DNA from: Verrucomicrobiales bacterium
GTDB taxonomy: Bacteria > Verrucomicrobiota > Verrucomicrobiia > Limisphaerales > CAIMTB01
Assembly: GCA_020845805.1 (NCBI GenBank)
Contig: JADLFD010000416.1
Span: 1 to 59,570, forward strand
Reading direction: 5' to 3'
Length of the DNA stretch: 59,570 nucleotides
Below the pieces are notes generated by a model, which saw only the letters and a program-made list of their open reading frames with translations, searched no databases and was not told the origin of the DNA. Below, piece after piece: positions 51,166-59,570 of this stretch; the first letter of the stretch is position 1; each line of letters starts with the position of its first letter. The position numbers and the translations under genes are program-made.

Positions 51166-51236
51166 AACCAGGCGGCTCTCCGCCCGGACCCGACGTTTTC
51201 CTCGCATGGATGCACACCTGAACCCAAAGGCACGCT

Positions 51237-51959
51237 GTGGCTAGCGGAGGCGGAGGCGCATGGAAGGTGGCTTACGCCGACTTCGTCACGGCGATGATGG
51301 CGCTGTTTCTCGTCCTCTGGCTCACCGCCCAGGACGAAAAGATCAAACAGGCCGTCGAACGCGCGTTCCGGCATCCGTTCTCGTCCATCACCAAGGAAAG
51401 CACCGGCATCATCCCCAACAAGAACGACTCCTATGACCGGGATCGTTCAGGGAACTTCTCCTCGGCGGCGGCCGTCGAGCTGCAGATGCTGCGCAAGCTC
51501 AACCAGGACCTCCTCAAATCCCTCAAGTCCGAGGAGGAAAATCCAGCCAACCGAACCGTCGAACTCGAAATGACGCCGGAAGGCCTCCGCATCAGCATCT
51601 TCGACCGTTCGCACCGCCCGATCTTCGAGGATCAATCCGTGGACTTCACCGAGTACGGGACCTGGGTGTTCTCCACCCTGGCCTGGGAAATCGCGCGCTT
51701 CCGCTCCTTCTCCGTGGAACTCGAGGGCCACACCCAACGCACCGGCAAGACCGTCAGCGAAGCCTACGGTGATTGGGAGTTGTCCGCCGACCGGGCCAAC
51801 GCCGCGCGCCGCAAACTGCTCGAACACGGCGTGGGCGCAGGCCAGTTGCGCAAGGTGGCCGGTTATGCCGACACCCAGCCGATGCCCGACCACGAACCCA
51901 CCGACGAGATCAATCGCCGCGTGACGGTCATGCTCAAAGTCTCCAACTCCAAGTCCTGA
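51237..51959 (+). CDS. motB: Flagellar stator protein MotB (OmpA-like C-terminus)
   Basis: The start codon is GTG. AWKVAYADFVTAMMALFLVLW contains the conserved Asp. The C-terminus reads LEGHT...NWELSADRANAARRKL. Confidence 0.9.
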   Translation: MASGGGGAWKVAYADFVTAMMALFLVLWLTAQDEKIKQAVERAFRHPFSSITKESTGIIPNKNDSYDRDRSGNFSSAAAVELQMLRKLNQDLLKSLKSEEENPANRTVELEMTPEGLRISIFDRSHRPIFEDQSVDFTEYGTWVFSTLAWEIARFRSFSVELEGHTQRTGKTVSEAYGDWELSADRANAARRKLLEHGVGAGQLRKVAGYADTQPMPDHEPTDEINRRVTVMLKVSNSKS

Positions 51960-51980
51960 ACCTCGAAACGCCCTCCTCGC

Positions 51981-52253
51981 ATGCCTGGCGATTTCGTTCC
52001 CCTGCTCAAGAAGGCTTCCCCGGACGCCGCCCCGTCGTTCCGCGTCAAGGTGGTGGCCGATGCCGGGCCCGCCGCGCCCTTTCATCCCTGCCCGCGTCCC
52101 GAGCCGTCCGCATTGGGCCCCGGCGCCAGTGCCCCCCCGGCACCCGCCCACGGCGATCCCACCGTGACGCTCGAACGGGATGGCGATCGTATCACCGGCA
52201 TCCGCATCGAGTGCTCCTGCGGGCGGGTGACCGAGTTGACCTGCGTGTACTGA
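51981..52253 (+). CDS. Small hypothetical protein downstream of motB
   Basis: 90 aa with GC-rich third codon positions. A Pro-rich middle region is followed by the Cys-containing tail TVTLERDGDRITGIRIECSCGRVTELTCVY. I recognise no family. Confidence 0.45.
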   Translation: MPGDFVPLLKKASPDAAPSFRVKVVADAGPAAPFHPCPRPEPSALGPGASAPPAPAHGDPTVTLERDGDRITGIRIECSCGRVTELTCVY

Positions 52254-52483
52254 GCTGGGACTGCCGCGGACTTCGCCGAACCTGACGCATGGGTTGCGGT
52301 GCCAAGCGTGCCTGCCTCCTTCGCGTCTCCTGCTTCCGGACCTGGAACGTTTCTGCCGGGTCCCCACCTCGCCTCCGTTTTCGTAGGGAAACTCGGCAAA
52401 AACCACCCTCCTGGGGGCAGCAGGAATTGCCAGGGACACACCGGCCCGAGCCGAGGTCCTTGCAAACGCGGGGGATCCGCGGG

Positions 52484-52499
52484 TGGCACAGGTGGTGCT
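52484..52499 (+). promoter_or_regulatory. Sigma-54 promoter abutting flgF start
   Basis: TGGCACAGGTGGTGCT has exact spacing. The -12 GC lies 13 to 14 nt before the ATG at 52512. Confidence 0.65.
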
Positions 52500-52511
52500 A
52501 CTCCCCGGGGG

Positions 52512-53264
52512 ATGAATGTGGGCCTCTATCAATCGGCGTCGGCGCTCAACGCAAACGCAAGATGGCAGGAGGCCATCGCGGAGAACCTCGCCTCGAGCTC
52601 CGTCCCCGGCTTCCGCAAGCAGGACCTCACCTTTGGCGCGGTGGAGGCCGGGATGCTCGGGGATTTCACGGTGCGCAATCCCCAGGGCCCCCAGCACTTC
52701 TCCATCCCCAATTCTCAGAACGTCACCAACTTCCGGCCGGGCGAACTCCGCTTCACCGGCCAGACCACGGACATCGGCATCCAGGGCAACGGCTTCTTTG
52801 AAGTGCAATTGCCGGATGGCTCGTCGGCCTTCACCCGGTCGGGTGAGTTCGCGGTCAATCCACAGGGGCAGTTGGTGACCAAACAAGGCTACGCGGTGCT
52901 GGGGGACGCCGGTCCGATCCAGTTGGATCCGCGGAACTCCGCCCCGATCTCCGTGTCGCCCACGGGGGAAATCAGCCAGGGCGTGGATATGAAGGGCAAG
53001 TTGAAGCTCACCGAGTTCGATGTTCCCTCGAAACTCACTTCGCTCAACGGGGAACTCTTCGTCGCCGACGATCCCGCCCTCAACGCGACGCCCTCCACCA
53101 CGGGCAGCGTCCGCCAGGGTTGGCTCGAATCGGCCAACACCAGTGCCGTGGCGGAAATGGCCAACCTGCTCGCCGCGATGCGCTCCTTCGAAGCCAACCA
53201 GCGGGCCGTTCAGATCCAGGACGAGCGGATGTCCAAGATCATCAACACCGTCGAATCCAACTAA
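52512..53264 (+). CDS. flgF: Flagellar proximal rod protein FlgF
   Basis: The sequence has MNVGLYQSASALNANARWQEAIAENLASSSVPGFRK, GFFEV and LESANTSAVAEMANLLAAMRSFEANQ. I chose the internal ATG of track ORF 52299..53264. Confidence 0.88.
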   Translation: MNVGLYQSASALNANARWQEAIAENLASSSVPGFRKQDLTFGAVEAGMLGDFTVRNPQGPQHFSIPNSQNVTNFRPGELRFTGQTTDIGIQGNGFFEVQLPDGSSAFTRSGEFAVNPQGQLVTKQGYAVLGDAGPIQLDPRNSAPISVSPTGEISQGVDMKGKLKLTEFDVPSKLTSLNGELFVADDPALNATPSTTGSVRQGWLESANTSAVAEMANLLAAMRSFEANQRAVQIQDERMSKIINTVESN

Positions 53265-53280
53265 CTGACCCGATCGTCGT

Positions 53281-54063
53281 ATGATGCGTGCCCTCTACTC
53301 CTCGGCGGCTGGGATGCAGTCCCAGCAGATGAATCTCGACGTCATCGCGAACACCCTCTCGAACGTCAACACGACGGGCTTCAAGAAGAGCAAGATCGAG
53401 TTCCAGGACCTCCTGTACCAAACCGCGCGCTCCGCCGGCGCGCAGCAGGGCGGGGGTAACCAGTTGCCCACGGGCATTCAGATCGGCCACGGCGCCCAGC
53501 CTGTGGCCACGGCCAAGGTGTTCACCACCGGCGAACTCACCCAGACCGGCGAACGCCTGGATGTGGCGATCCAGGGCGACGGCTTCTTCGAGGTCCAGCT
53601 TCCCGACGGTTCCCGGGCTTACACCCGCGATGGCGCGCTCAAGCTCGCCCCGGACGGACGGGTCACGACCTCGGACGGTCTCGTGCTCCAAGGCGGCTTC
53701 CAGCCGATTCCCGCGGGGACCACTTCCATCTCGATCGCCACCTCGGGCGAGGTCACCACCCAGGGTGCCAACGGCGACCAAAACTTCCGGGTGCAACTGG
53801 TCCGCTTTGCCAATCCCTCCGGCCTCGAAAGCATCGGCCGCAACCTGTACCGCGAAACCGGGGCCTCGGGCGCCGCGGAAATCGGCAATCCCAGCGAGAA
53901 CGGGTACGGCGCGTTGCAGCAGGGCTACCTCGAAATGTCCAACGTCAAGGTGGTCGAGGAGATGGTGAACATGATCGTGGCCCAGCGCGCCTATGAGGTG
54001 AACTCCAAGGCGGTGCAAGCCGCCGACGACATGATGCAGCTCAGCAACAATCTGCGCCGCTGA
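53281..54063 (+). CDS. flgG: Flagellar distal rod protein FlgG
   Basis: 260 aa. The sequence has MMRALYSSAAGMQSQQMNLDVIANTLSNVNTTGFKK...LEMSNVKVVEEMVNMIVAQRAYEVNSK. Confidence 0.95.
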   Translation: MMRALYSSAAGMQSQQMNLDVIANTLSNVNTTGFKKSKIEFQDLLYQTARSAGAQQGGGNQLPTGIQIGHGAQPVATAKVFTTGELTQTGERLDVAIQGDGFFEVQLPDGSRAYTRDGALKLAPDGRVTTSDGLVLQGGFQPIPAGTTSISIATSGEVTTQGANGDQNFRVQLVRFANPSGLESIGRNLYRETGASGAAEIGNPSENGYGALQQGYLEMSNVKVVEEMVNMIVAQRAYEVNSKAVQAADDMMQLSNNLRR

Positions 54064-54080
54064 TCCCCCCACCGACTTCC

Positions 54081-55070
54081 ATGCCGCGCCGCCTCCATCT
54101 CCTCTCCCCGGCCCTCGGACGCCGACTCCTCCTGGCTTGGGGCGCTGCCGTCCTCCTGGTTCCCTTCGTCGCTCGCGGTTCCGACGGCACACCGGTGCTC
54201 TCGCTCAATGCGAACGCCGAAGTGGGTCGGGACGGAATCTATCTCGACCAGGTCCTCGCGCTGCAGCCTCCCACCGCCCTGCCGCGGGTGCGCATCGCCC
54301 CCGCGCCCGCCATCGGCCAGATCGCGGCGCTCTCCCGTGACCAGGTCACCACCGCGCTGCGTGCCAGCGCGCCTGACCTGGTCTCCACCAACTGGTCCGG
54401 ACCCGACCGCGTGCGCGTCAGTCGGCGTTCTCGGATGCTCGACGAGGCGGGGGTCTGCGAGCTGCTGCGGGATCATCTCCAGGCGGAACACGTGCGAGGT
54501 CGCGGGGAGCTCGAGCTCCGACTCACGCGTCCCTGGGCTCCGGTCGCGGTGCCCGACGAACCTTTGAAGGTCCGCATCATCGAATCGCCAGCCACGGGGC
54601 CGGGAGCCAATTTCATCGTTCGTTTTGATCTCCTCGACGGCGAGGATCGGGTGGGCAACTGGCAGGTGGTGGCCTCGGCCAAGATCTGGCGCGAAGTCCC
54701 GGTGGCGGTGACGGCTCTGCGGCGCGGGCAGGTGCTGGCGGATCTGACGCTCGGTTCGGAACGCCGCGACGTGTTGGCCCTGCGCGATGCCCCTGCCGTG
54801 GTGGATCCGGCCGACACAACGCTGGAACTCATCGAGAACGTGCCGGCCGGCCAGCCCTTGCTGGCGCGCTCGCTGCGTCCACGACCGGTGATTCAACGCG
54901 GTCAGGTGGTCGAAGCGCTGGTGCGCGACGGTTCCATGACGATTTCCCTGAAAGTGGAAGCGCTTACCGACGCTCTGCCGGGTCAGGCCGTGCGGGTGCG
55001 CAATCCGAAGACACGCCGTGAACTCATGGCCAAGGCGATCAATGAAGAAACTGTCCTCGTCCCTCGCTAA
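54081..55070 (+). CDS. flgA: Flagellar P-ring assembly chaperone FlgA
   Basis: A signal peptide is followed by a C-terminal SAF/FlgA domain, RRGQVLA...VIQRGQVVEALVRDGSMTISLKVEALTDALPGQAVRVRN. Confidence 0.85.
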   Translation: MPRRLHLLSPALGRRLLLAWGAAVLLVPFVARGSDGTPVLSLNANAEVGRDGIYLDQVLALQPPTALPRVRIAPAPAIGQIAALSRDQVTTALRASAPDLVSTNWSGPDRVRVSRRSRMLDEAGVCELLRDHLQAEHVRGRGELELRLTRPWAPVAVPDEPLKVRIIESPATGPGANFIVRFDLLDGEDRVGNWQVVASAKIWREVPVAVTALRRGQVLADLTLGSERRDVLALRDAPAVVDPADTTLELIENVPAGQPLLARSLRPRPVIQRGQVVEALVRDGSMTISLKVEALTDALPGQAVRVRNPKTRRELMAKAINEETVLVPR

Positions 55071-55674
55071 GAGCGCGATCCTGGTGGTCGCCCTCCTCGC
55101 CGCCGCCCCGGGGGGGCGTGCGCAATCGTTGTGGAAGGAGACCACCTCGCACTCGATGTTTTCCGACAAGCGCGCCCGCGCTATCGGCGACATCCTCACC
55201 ATTCTGGTGCAGGAGAGCACTTCCTCGGCGAAGGAGAACAGTACCAAGACGGCGCGTTCTTCTGGCATCGATGCGGCCATCAACTCGTTTCTGTTCAGCC
55301 CGGCGGCCAGCGGCCTGCTGACCAAGGGCGGGAAGCTTCCGGCGATCAACCTGGCCAGCAAGACCAGCTTCGACGGCGGCGGCCAGATCCAGAACTCGGA
55401 GAAGATGACGGCGCGCATCGCGGTGCGGGTGGTCGACGTGCTTCCCAACGCGTCCCTGGTGATCGAGGGCCGGCGACAGACGAAGATCGCGGGCGAAACC
55501 ACCGATGCTGTCCTCCGCGGTGTGGTGCGGTCCGAGGACATCGCCGCCAACAACACGGTTTACAGCTACAACCTGGCGGACGCCTCCATCCAGTACCTCT
55601 CGAAGGGGCCGGTCACCGACACCCAGCGCAAGGGCTGGTTCACCAAGGTCTGGGACAAAGTCGCTCCCTTCTGA
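55042..55674 (+). CDS. flgH: Flagellar L-ring protein FlgH
   Basis: The sequence has SLWKE...MFSDKRARAIGDILTILVQE...FDGGGQ...VLPNASLVIEGRRQTKI. The signal peptide contains no lipobox Cys. The ATG at 55042 overlaps the flgA end. Confidence 0.9.
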   Translation: MKKLSSSLAKSAILVVALLAAAPGGRAQSLWKETTSHSMFSDKRARAIGDILTILVQESTSSAKENSTKTARSSGIDAAINSFLFSPAASGLLTKGGKLPAINLASKTSFDGGGQIQNSEKMTARIAVRVVDVLPNASLVIEGRRQTKIAGETTDAVLRGVVRSEDIAANNTVYSYNLADASIQYLSKGPVTDTQRKGWFTKVWDKVAPF

Positions 55675-55678
55675 ATCC

Positions 55679-56794
55679 ATGATCCGTCGTTTCCCCATCC
55701 CGGTTCTCGTTGCGCTCGTCCTGGCGCTCGCGGCCCCTCGCGAGTCGCAGGGCGCCGCGGCGCGCGTCAAAGACCTGACCACCATTGCGGGCGCGCGCGA
55801 CAACCAGCTGGTCGGTTACGGCCTCGTCACCGGCATCGCCGGCGACGGCGATAAGAACCCCGTCTACACGCTTCAGACGGTGGCCAACCTCCTGCAACGG
55901 CATGGCATCACCGTTCCCGCCGCCACCCTCTCCTCCAAGAACGTGGCCGCGGTGATCGTCACCGCCGACATCCCCGCGTTCAAGAAGCCTGGCAGTCGCA
56001 TCGACGTCACCATCTCCTCCCTGGGGGATGCCAAGACTCTGCAGGGCGGCATTCTGCTCCAGACACCGCTCATGGGCGCCGACGGCGCCGTCTATGCCGT
56101 CGCCCAAGGCGCCATGTCCATCGGCGGCGTGTTCGGCGGGTCCGAAGGCGGTGGCGGCGCCACCGTTCAGAAGAATCATCCCACCACCGCGCAGATCATC
56201 GGTGGCGCCCTCGTGGAACGTGAAATCCCGATGGCCATCGTCTCCGACCAGCACCTGGAACTCCTGCTGCGCGAACCCGATTTCACCTCCGCCGCACGTC
56301 TCGCCGTGTCGGTGAACGCCGCCTTCCCCGGCAGCGCCGTAGCCATCGACTCCACCACCGTGCGCGTGCGCGTCCCGGAAGGACACGAGGCGTCGCCCGT
56401 GGATTTCATCGCCCGCCTCGAGTCCCTCGAAGTTCAGGCCGACGCCCCCGCACGTATCATCATCAACGAACGCACCGGCACCATTGTCGCTTCCTCCCGG
56501 ATCGCCATCTCCAGTTGCGCCGTCTCGCACGGCAACCTGACCATCACTATCGCGTCCAATCTCGACGCCTCCCAGCCCGGCCCGCTGAGCGGGGGCCAGA
56601 CGGTGGTCACGCCGAGTACCCAGACGGCCGTGAACGAGGAGAAATCCTCGCTGGTGGCGCTGCCCGAGATGCCCACCATTGAAAAGGTCGCCGCGGCGCT
56701 CAACTCCCTGGGCGTCACACCGCGTGACATGATGGCCATCGTCCAGGCCATGAAACAGGCCGGCGCGCTGCAGGCCGAACTCGTCCTCCGCTGA
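55679..56794 (+). CDS. flgI: Flagellar P-ring protein FlgI
   Basis: A signal peptide is followed by RVKDLTTIAGARDNQLVGYGLVTGIAGDGD...LQGGILLQTPL...INERTGTIV. Confidence 0.93.
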   Translation: MIRRFPIPVLVALVLALAAPRESQGAAARVKDLTTIAGARDNQLVGYGLVTGIAGDGDKNPVYTLQTVANLLQRHGITVPAATLSSKNVAAVIVTADIPAFKKPGSRIDVTISSLGDAKTLQGGILLQTPLMGADGAVYAVAQGAMSIGGVFGGSEGGGGATVQKNHPTTAQIIGGALVEREIPMAIVSDQHLELLLREPDFTSAARLAVSVNAAFPGSAVAIDSTTVRVRVPEGHEASPVDFIARLESLEVQADAPARIIINERTGTIVASSRIAISSCAVSHGNLTITIASNLDASQPGPLSGGQTVVTPSTQTAVNEEKSSLVALPEMPTIEKVAAALNSLGVTPRDMMAIVQAMKQAGALQAELVLR

Positions 56795-56804
56795 CCCGCC
56801 CACC

Positions 56805-57233
56805 ATGGATCCCGTCACTTCCAGCCAGCCATCTCTCGCCGCGATCCCCATGGAGCGCCTGGCGAAGGATCCGAACTTCTCCGAGGCCACCAAGATCGGC
56901 GAGATGGCGAGGCAGTTCGAAGCCGTGCTCCTGCGCCAGATCCTCGCTTCGGCGCGGCAGCCCGTGATCGAGGACGAGGAGGGCGAGGACTCGAGCACGG
57001 ACAAGATTTACGACGACATGGTCAACCAGCAGCTCGCCGATTCGATCAGCCAATCGGGCGATTTCGGTCTCGCGCGCTCGCTGACCCGGGAACTGATGCA
57101 TCAGGCCCGCGCGGGCCAGCGCGCCAGCCCGGGGGCTGAGGCCCTCTCCCTTTCCGCCGAGAAACCGGCGGCTGAACCGAGCCTGACGGGCGACGCCCGC
57201 GCCGCGCTCCAATCCATCTCCCAACTTCGTTAA
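56805..57233 (+). CDS. flgJ: Rod-binding protein (FlgJ N-terminal domain only, no muramidase)
   Basis: 142 aa. The sequence has EMARQFEAVLLRQILASAR...YDDMVNQQLADSISQSGDFGLA. Confidence 0.75.
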   Translation: MDPVTSSQPSLAAIPMERLAKDPNFSEATKIGEMARQFEAVLLRQILASARQPVIEDEEGEDSSTDKIYDDMVNQQLADSISQSGDFGLARSLTRELMHQARAGQRASPGAEALSLSAEKPAAEPSLTGDARAALQSISQLR

Positions 57234-57239
57234 CCTACC

Positions 57240-57734
57240 ATGGACACCCTCCAAGACCTGATCGCCGCGCTCCGCGAGGAACTTCAGCAGTACGGGGAGA
57301 TGCTCGCCTTGCTCGATCGCGAGCAGGAACTGGTCATGAACCGGGCCAGTACCGAGCTCTTCGAGTCGGTCTCCACCATCCAAGGTCAATCCGTCCGGAT
57401 CCAGGAGGCACGCACGCACCGCGAACACTGCCGCTCCGAGCATGCGCGTACACTCGGGCAGTCGCCCGAAATGCCGTTCTCCGATCTCATCCCGCTGCTG
57501 CCGACGGATTACCGTCCGCTGGTCCAGGCGTTGGTGCGCGAGAACAACCAGTTGCTCGCACGGGTCCAGCAGCGCGCGCGGCAGAATCATCTGTTGCTCA
57601 GTCGTTCGGTCGATCTGATGCAACGATTCCTCTCCTCGCTCTTCCCGTCGCGCGATCCGCAGGTCTACGACGATCGGGGCACGCGCCCCGGGTGGACGCC
57701 GCCGCTGCAACCCCTGTACGAGGCCGTGGGCTGA
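57240..57734 (+). CDS. flgN: Flagellar chaperone FlgN-like
   Basis: 164 aa. The sequence has LIAALREELQQYGEMLALLDREQELVMNR...LVRENNQLLARVQQRARQNHLLL. The gene lies directly upstream of flgK. Confidence 0.7.
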   Translation: MDTLQDLIAALREELQQYGEMLALLDREQELVMNRASTELFESVSTIQGQSVRIQEARTHREHCRSEHARTLGQSPEMPFSDLIPLLPTDYRPLVQALVRENNQLLARVQQRARQNHLLLSRSVDLMQRFLSSLFPSRDPQVYDDRGTRPGWTPPLQPLYEAVG

Positions 57735-57746
57735 CCTGGAGGCGTT

Positions 57747-59174
57747 ATGCTAGGCCTATTCGGTACTCTCAACCTCGCGACGCGGTCCCTGTCCACCCAA
57801 CGACAGGGCACGGAAGTCGCGGGGCATAACCTCGCCAACGTCAATAATCCTGCCTACGCGCGCCAGCGGCTTACGCTGACCACCGGGGTCACGGTCCCCG
57901 ACACGCTTGGTCCCCAAGGCACGGGTGCCGAAGCGGTGTCCATCGTGCAGTTGCGCAACGCGCTGCTCGACCGTCAGATCCTCGGCGAAGCGGCGGTGAT
58001 CGGATCCCTGGAATCCCAGCAACGCACGCTGGAGTACGCACAGACCAATCTCGGTCAGCTCATCGACCGGCAGACCTCCGGCGCCGAGGGGGCCGCGTCC
58101 TCGGGAGGCGTCGGCGGTCAGCACGGTTTGGCCGAGGAGATGTCCAGCCTGTTCAACTCCTTCCAGAGCCTGTCCACCAATCCGACCTCGACCGCCGAAC
58201 GCCAGGTCCTGCTGCTCAAGGCCCAAACGGTGGCCACCCAGTTCAACCAGGTCTCCACCCGCCTCGGTGAACTGAACAACCTCCTCAACGAGTCGCTCAG
58301 CGTCGATGTGGAGTCGGCGAACCGCATGATCACCGAGATCGCGCAGCTCAATGAGCAGATCATCTCGGTCGAAGTCGGCGGCGCGGTGGCCAACGACCTG
58401 CGCGATATTCGGCAGCAGCGGCTGGAGGAGCTCGGGAAACTGGTCAAGGTGGATACCGTGGGTTCGGCGGCGGGTTCCATCGACCTGTCCATCGACGGCG
58501 TCGCCATGACCTCCGGTCGCGATGTCCTCGAACAACTCGAGGTCTACGATCCGGGAACGGGCCAACTCGGGATTCGGGCCCGCTCGGCCGGGACGCCGCT
58601 CACCCTCACCGGGGGATCCATCCAGGGAACCATGGAATCCCGCGACGGGGCGCTCGCCACGCTGCGCTCCGAGGTGAACACCATCGCCGCCAACCTGATC
58701 ACCGAGGTCAACGCAGTTCATTCCCGTGGCTTCAGTCTCTCCGGCACGACCGGGGCCTCATTCTTCACGGGCACGGGCTCGGCGAACATCCAGGTCAACG
58801 CCACGCTGCTGGCCGATCCGAACCTGATTCAGGCGTCGTCGGTGGCGGGAGCGAACGGCAATAATGAGGTCGTGTTGGAACTGGCGCAGTTGGCCAGTCG
58901 CAAGATCGCGGCGCTGGGGGATCAGACGTTCGGCCATGCCTATGGTCAGACGGTCGCCAAGCTCGGCCAATCCCTCGCTTCGGTCACCACGCAGATCGAC
59001 AACCAGAACAACGTGGACGAGATGCTCAAACGCCAGCGTGACTCGTTCAGCGGCGTCTCCCTCGACGAGGAGATGACCGATCTCATCAAATTCCAGAAGG
59101 CGTTCGAGGCCTCCGCCCGGCTGGTCAGCATCGTCGACGAGATGCTGGATGTCGTGATTGGCATGAAACGCTGA
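57747..59174 (+). CDS. flgK: Flagellar hook-associated protein 1 FlgK
   Basis: 475 aa. The sequence has LNLATRSLSTQRQGTEVAGHNLANVNNPAYARQ...VSLDEEMTDLIKFQKAFEASARLV. Confidence 0.92.
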   Translation: MLGLFGTLNLATRSLSTQRQGTEVAGHNLANVNNPAYARQRLTLTTGVTVPDTLGPQGTGAEAVSIVQLRNALLDRQILGEAAVIGSLESQQRTLEYAQTNLGQLIDRQTSGAEGAASSGGVGGQHGLAEEMSSLFNSFQSLSTNPTSTAERQVLLLKAQTVATQFNQVSTRLGELNNLLNESLSVDVESANRMITEIAQLNEQIISVEVGGAVANDLRDIRQQRLEELGKLVKVDTVGSAAGSIDLSIDGVAMTSGRDVLEQLEVYDPGTGQLGIRARSAGTPLTLTGGSIQGTMESRDGALATLRSEVNTIAANLITEVNAVHSRGFSLSGTTGASFFTGTGSANIQVNATLLADPNLIQASSVAGANGNNEVVLELAQLASRKIAALGDQTFGHAYGQTVAKLGQSLASVTTQIDNQNNVDEMLKRQRDSFSGVSLDEEMTDLIKFQKAFEASARLVSIVDEMLDVVIGMKR

Positions 59175-59250
59175 ACCTTTTCCCCTCGGTCCCGCCTTCG
59201 CGCGGAACCCCTGAACGCCGCGACCGACTCCGCCTCAACTCCTCCCCGTC

Positions 59251-59570
59251 ATGCGCGTCACCGCCAGCACCTTTCCCGATTCGCTGCTCGGCCAGCTCAA
59301 CCGGCTCGCCGTGCGCCAGACGCGGCTCCAGCAGCAGGCCGCCACCGGACAGCGCCTCACCATGCCGGACGACGATCCCGTCGCCATGCGGCGGGTGCTC
59401 GACATGCAGGGCGAGGCCAGTCGCGTGGGGCAGTACATCCGCAACATCGACCGCCAGCGCGAACTCGCCGATGCCTCCTTTTCCGCGGTCAAATCCATCA
59501 AGACCATCGTCGACCGCGCCTCGGAGATCGCCACCCTTGCCGACGATCTCAAGTCACCCGAGGAACTCGA
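59251..59570 (+). CDS. flgL: Flagellar hook-associated protein 3 FlgL (3' end beyond window)
   Basis: My translation from the ATG at 59251 is MRVTASTFPDSLLGQLNRLAVRQTRLQQQAATGQRLTMPDDDPVAMRRVLDMQ. This N-terminus is flagellin-like and the gene follows flgK. The frame is open to the window end. Confidence 0.8.
   Translation, partial: MRVTASTFPDSLLGQLNRLAVRQTRLQQQAATGQRLTMPDDDPVAMRRVLDMQGEASRVGQYIRNIDRQRELADASFSAVKSIKTIVDRASEIATLADDLKSPEEL

Noticed and set aside
52416-52430. A sigma-54-like GGCAGcaggaaTTGC upstream of flgF.
   Set aside because: The GG-to-GC spacing is one nucleotide too long. A correctly spaced site exists at 52484..52499.
1-59570. A search by eye for rRNA, tRNA, CRISPR repeats, IS/transposase, integrase, phage or toxin-antitoxin genes.
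   Set aside because: I saw no regularly spaced direct repeats, no cloverleaf-like or rRNA-like segments, and no DDE or tyrosine-recombinase motifs. The window looks like core chromosomal motility DNA. A tRNAscan, Infernal or ISfinder run would be needed to exclude small elements formally.

Overview
This high-GC 59.6-kb window is almost entirely one flagellar and chemotaxis supercluster from a diderm bacterium, since MS-, P- and L-ring genes are all present. I call 62 protein-coding genes, 57 on the + strand and 5 on the - strand.

Gene layout, left to right:
- A partial KpsS/KpsC-like glycosyltransferase (-).
- A fliW-csrA-flagellin operon (-).
- cheR-cheD-HDOD-cheB, followed by a second flagellin with a strong terminator.
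- fliD, a lipoprotein, a flgM-like gene, fliS and a fliT-like gene.
- A histidine kinase and a REC/HD-GYP regulator, then cheA and cheW. cheW is flanked by two unusually long non-coding spacers.
- A PAS hybrid kinase and a second HDOD gene (-).
- cheX, a CheY-like REC-pseudoREC-STAS fusion, a secreted Pro-rich protein, a TPR protein, a small helical protein and an NtrC-type sigma-54 activator.
- A Bacillus fla/che-like core: flgBC-fliEFGHIJ-ylxF-like-fliK-flgDE-fliLMNOPQR-flhBAF.
- A small membrane protein, fliA and motAB, then a small orphan ORF.
- flgFGAHI, a flgJ-like gene, flgN, flgK and flgL (truncated at the window edge).

Regulatory signals read directly from the sequence:
- Five correctly spaced sigma-54 promoters (GG-N10-GC) lie just upstream of operon starts.
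- Five to seven sigma-28 promoters (TAAA-N15/16-GCCGATxx) are present. Several of them abut start codons, which implies leaderless mRNAs.
- The sigma-28 flagellin leader carries a CsrA-type GGA hairpin plus a GGA-containing Shine-Dalgarno (SD) sequence.

I saw no rRNA, tRNA, CRISPR array, transposase or integrase. I also found no MCP, standalone cheY, flhG or rpoN gene in the window. Family assignments come from motif recognition by eye, not from database searches. Many long Arg/Pro/Gly-rich ORFs in the supplied track are antisense or out-of-frame artefacts of the high GC content.
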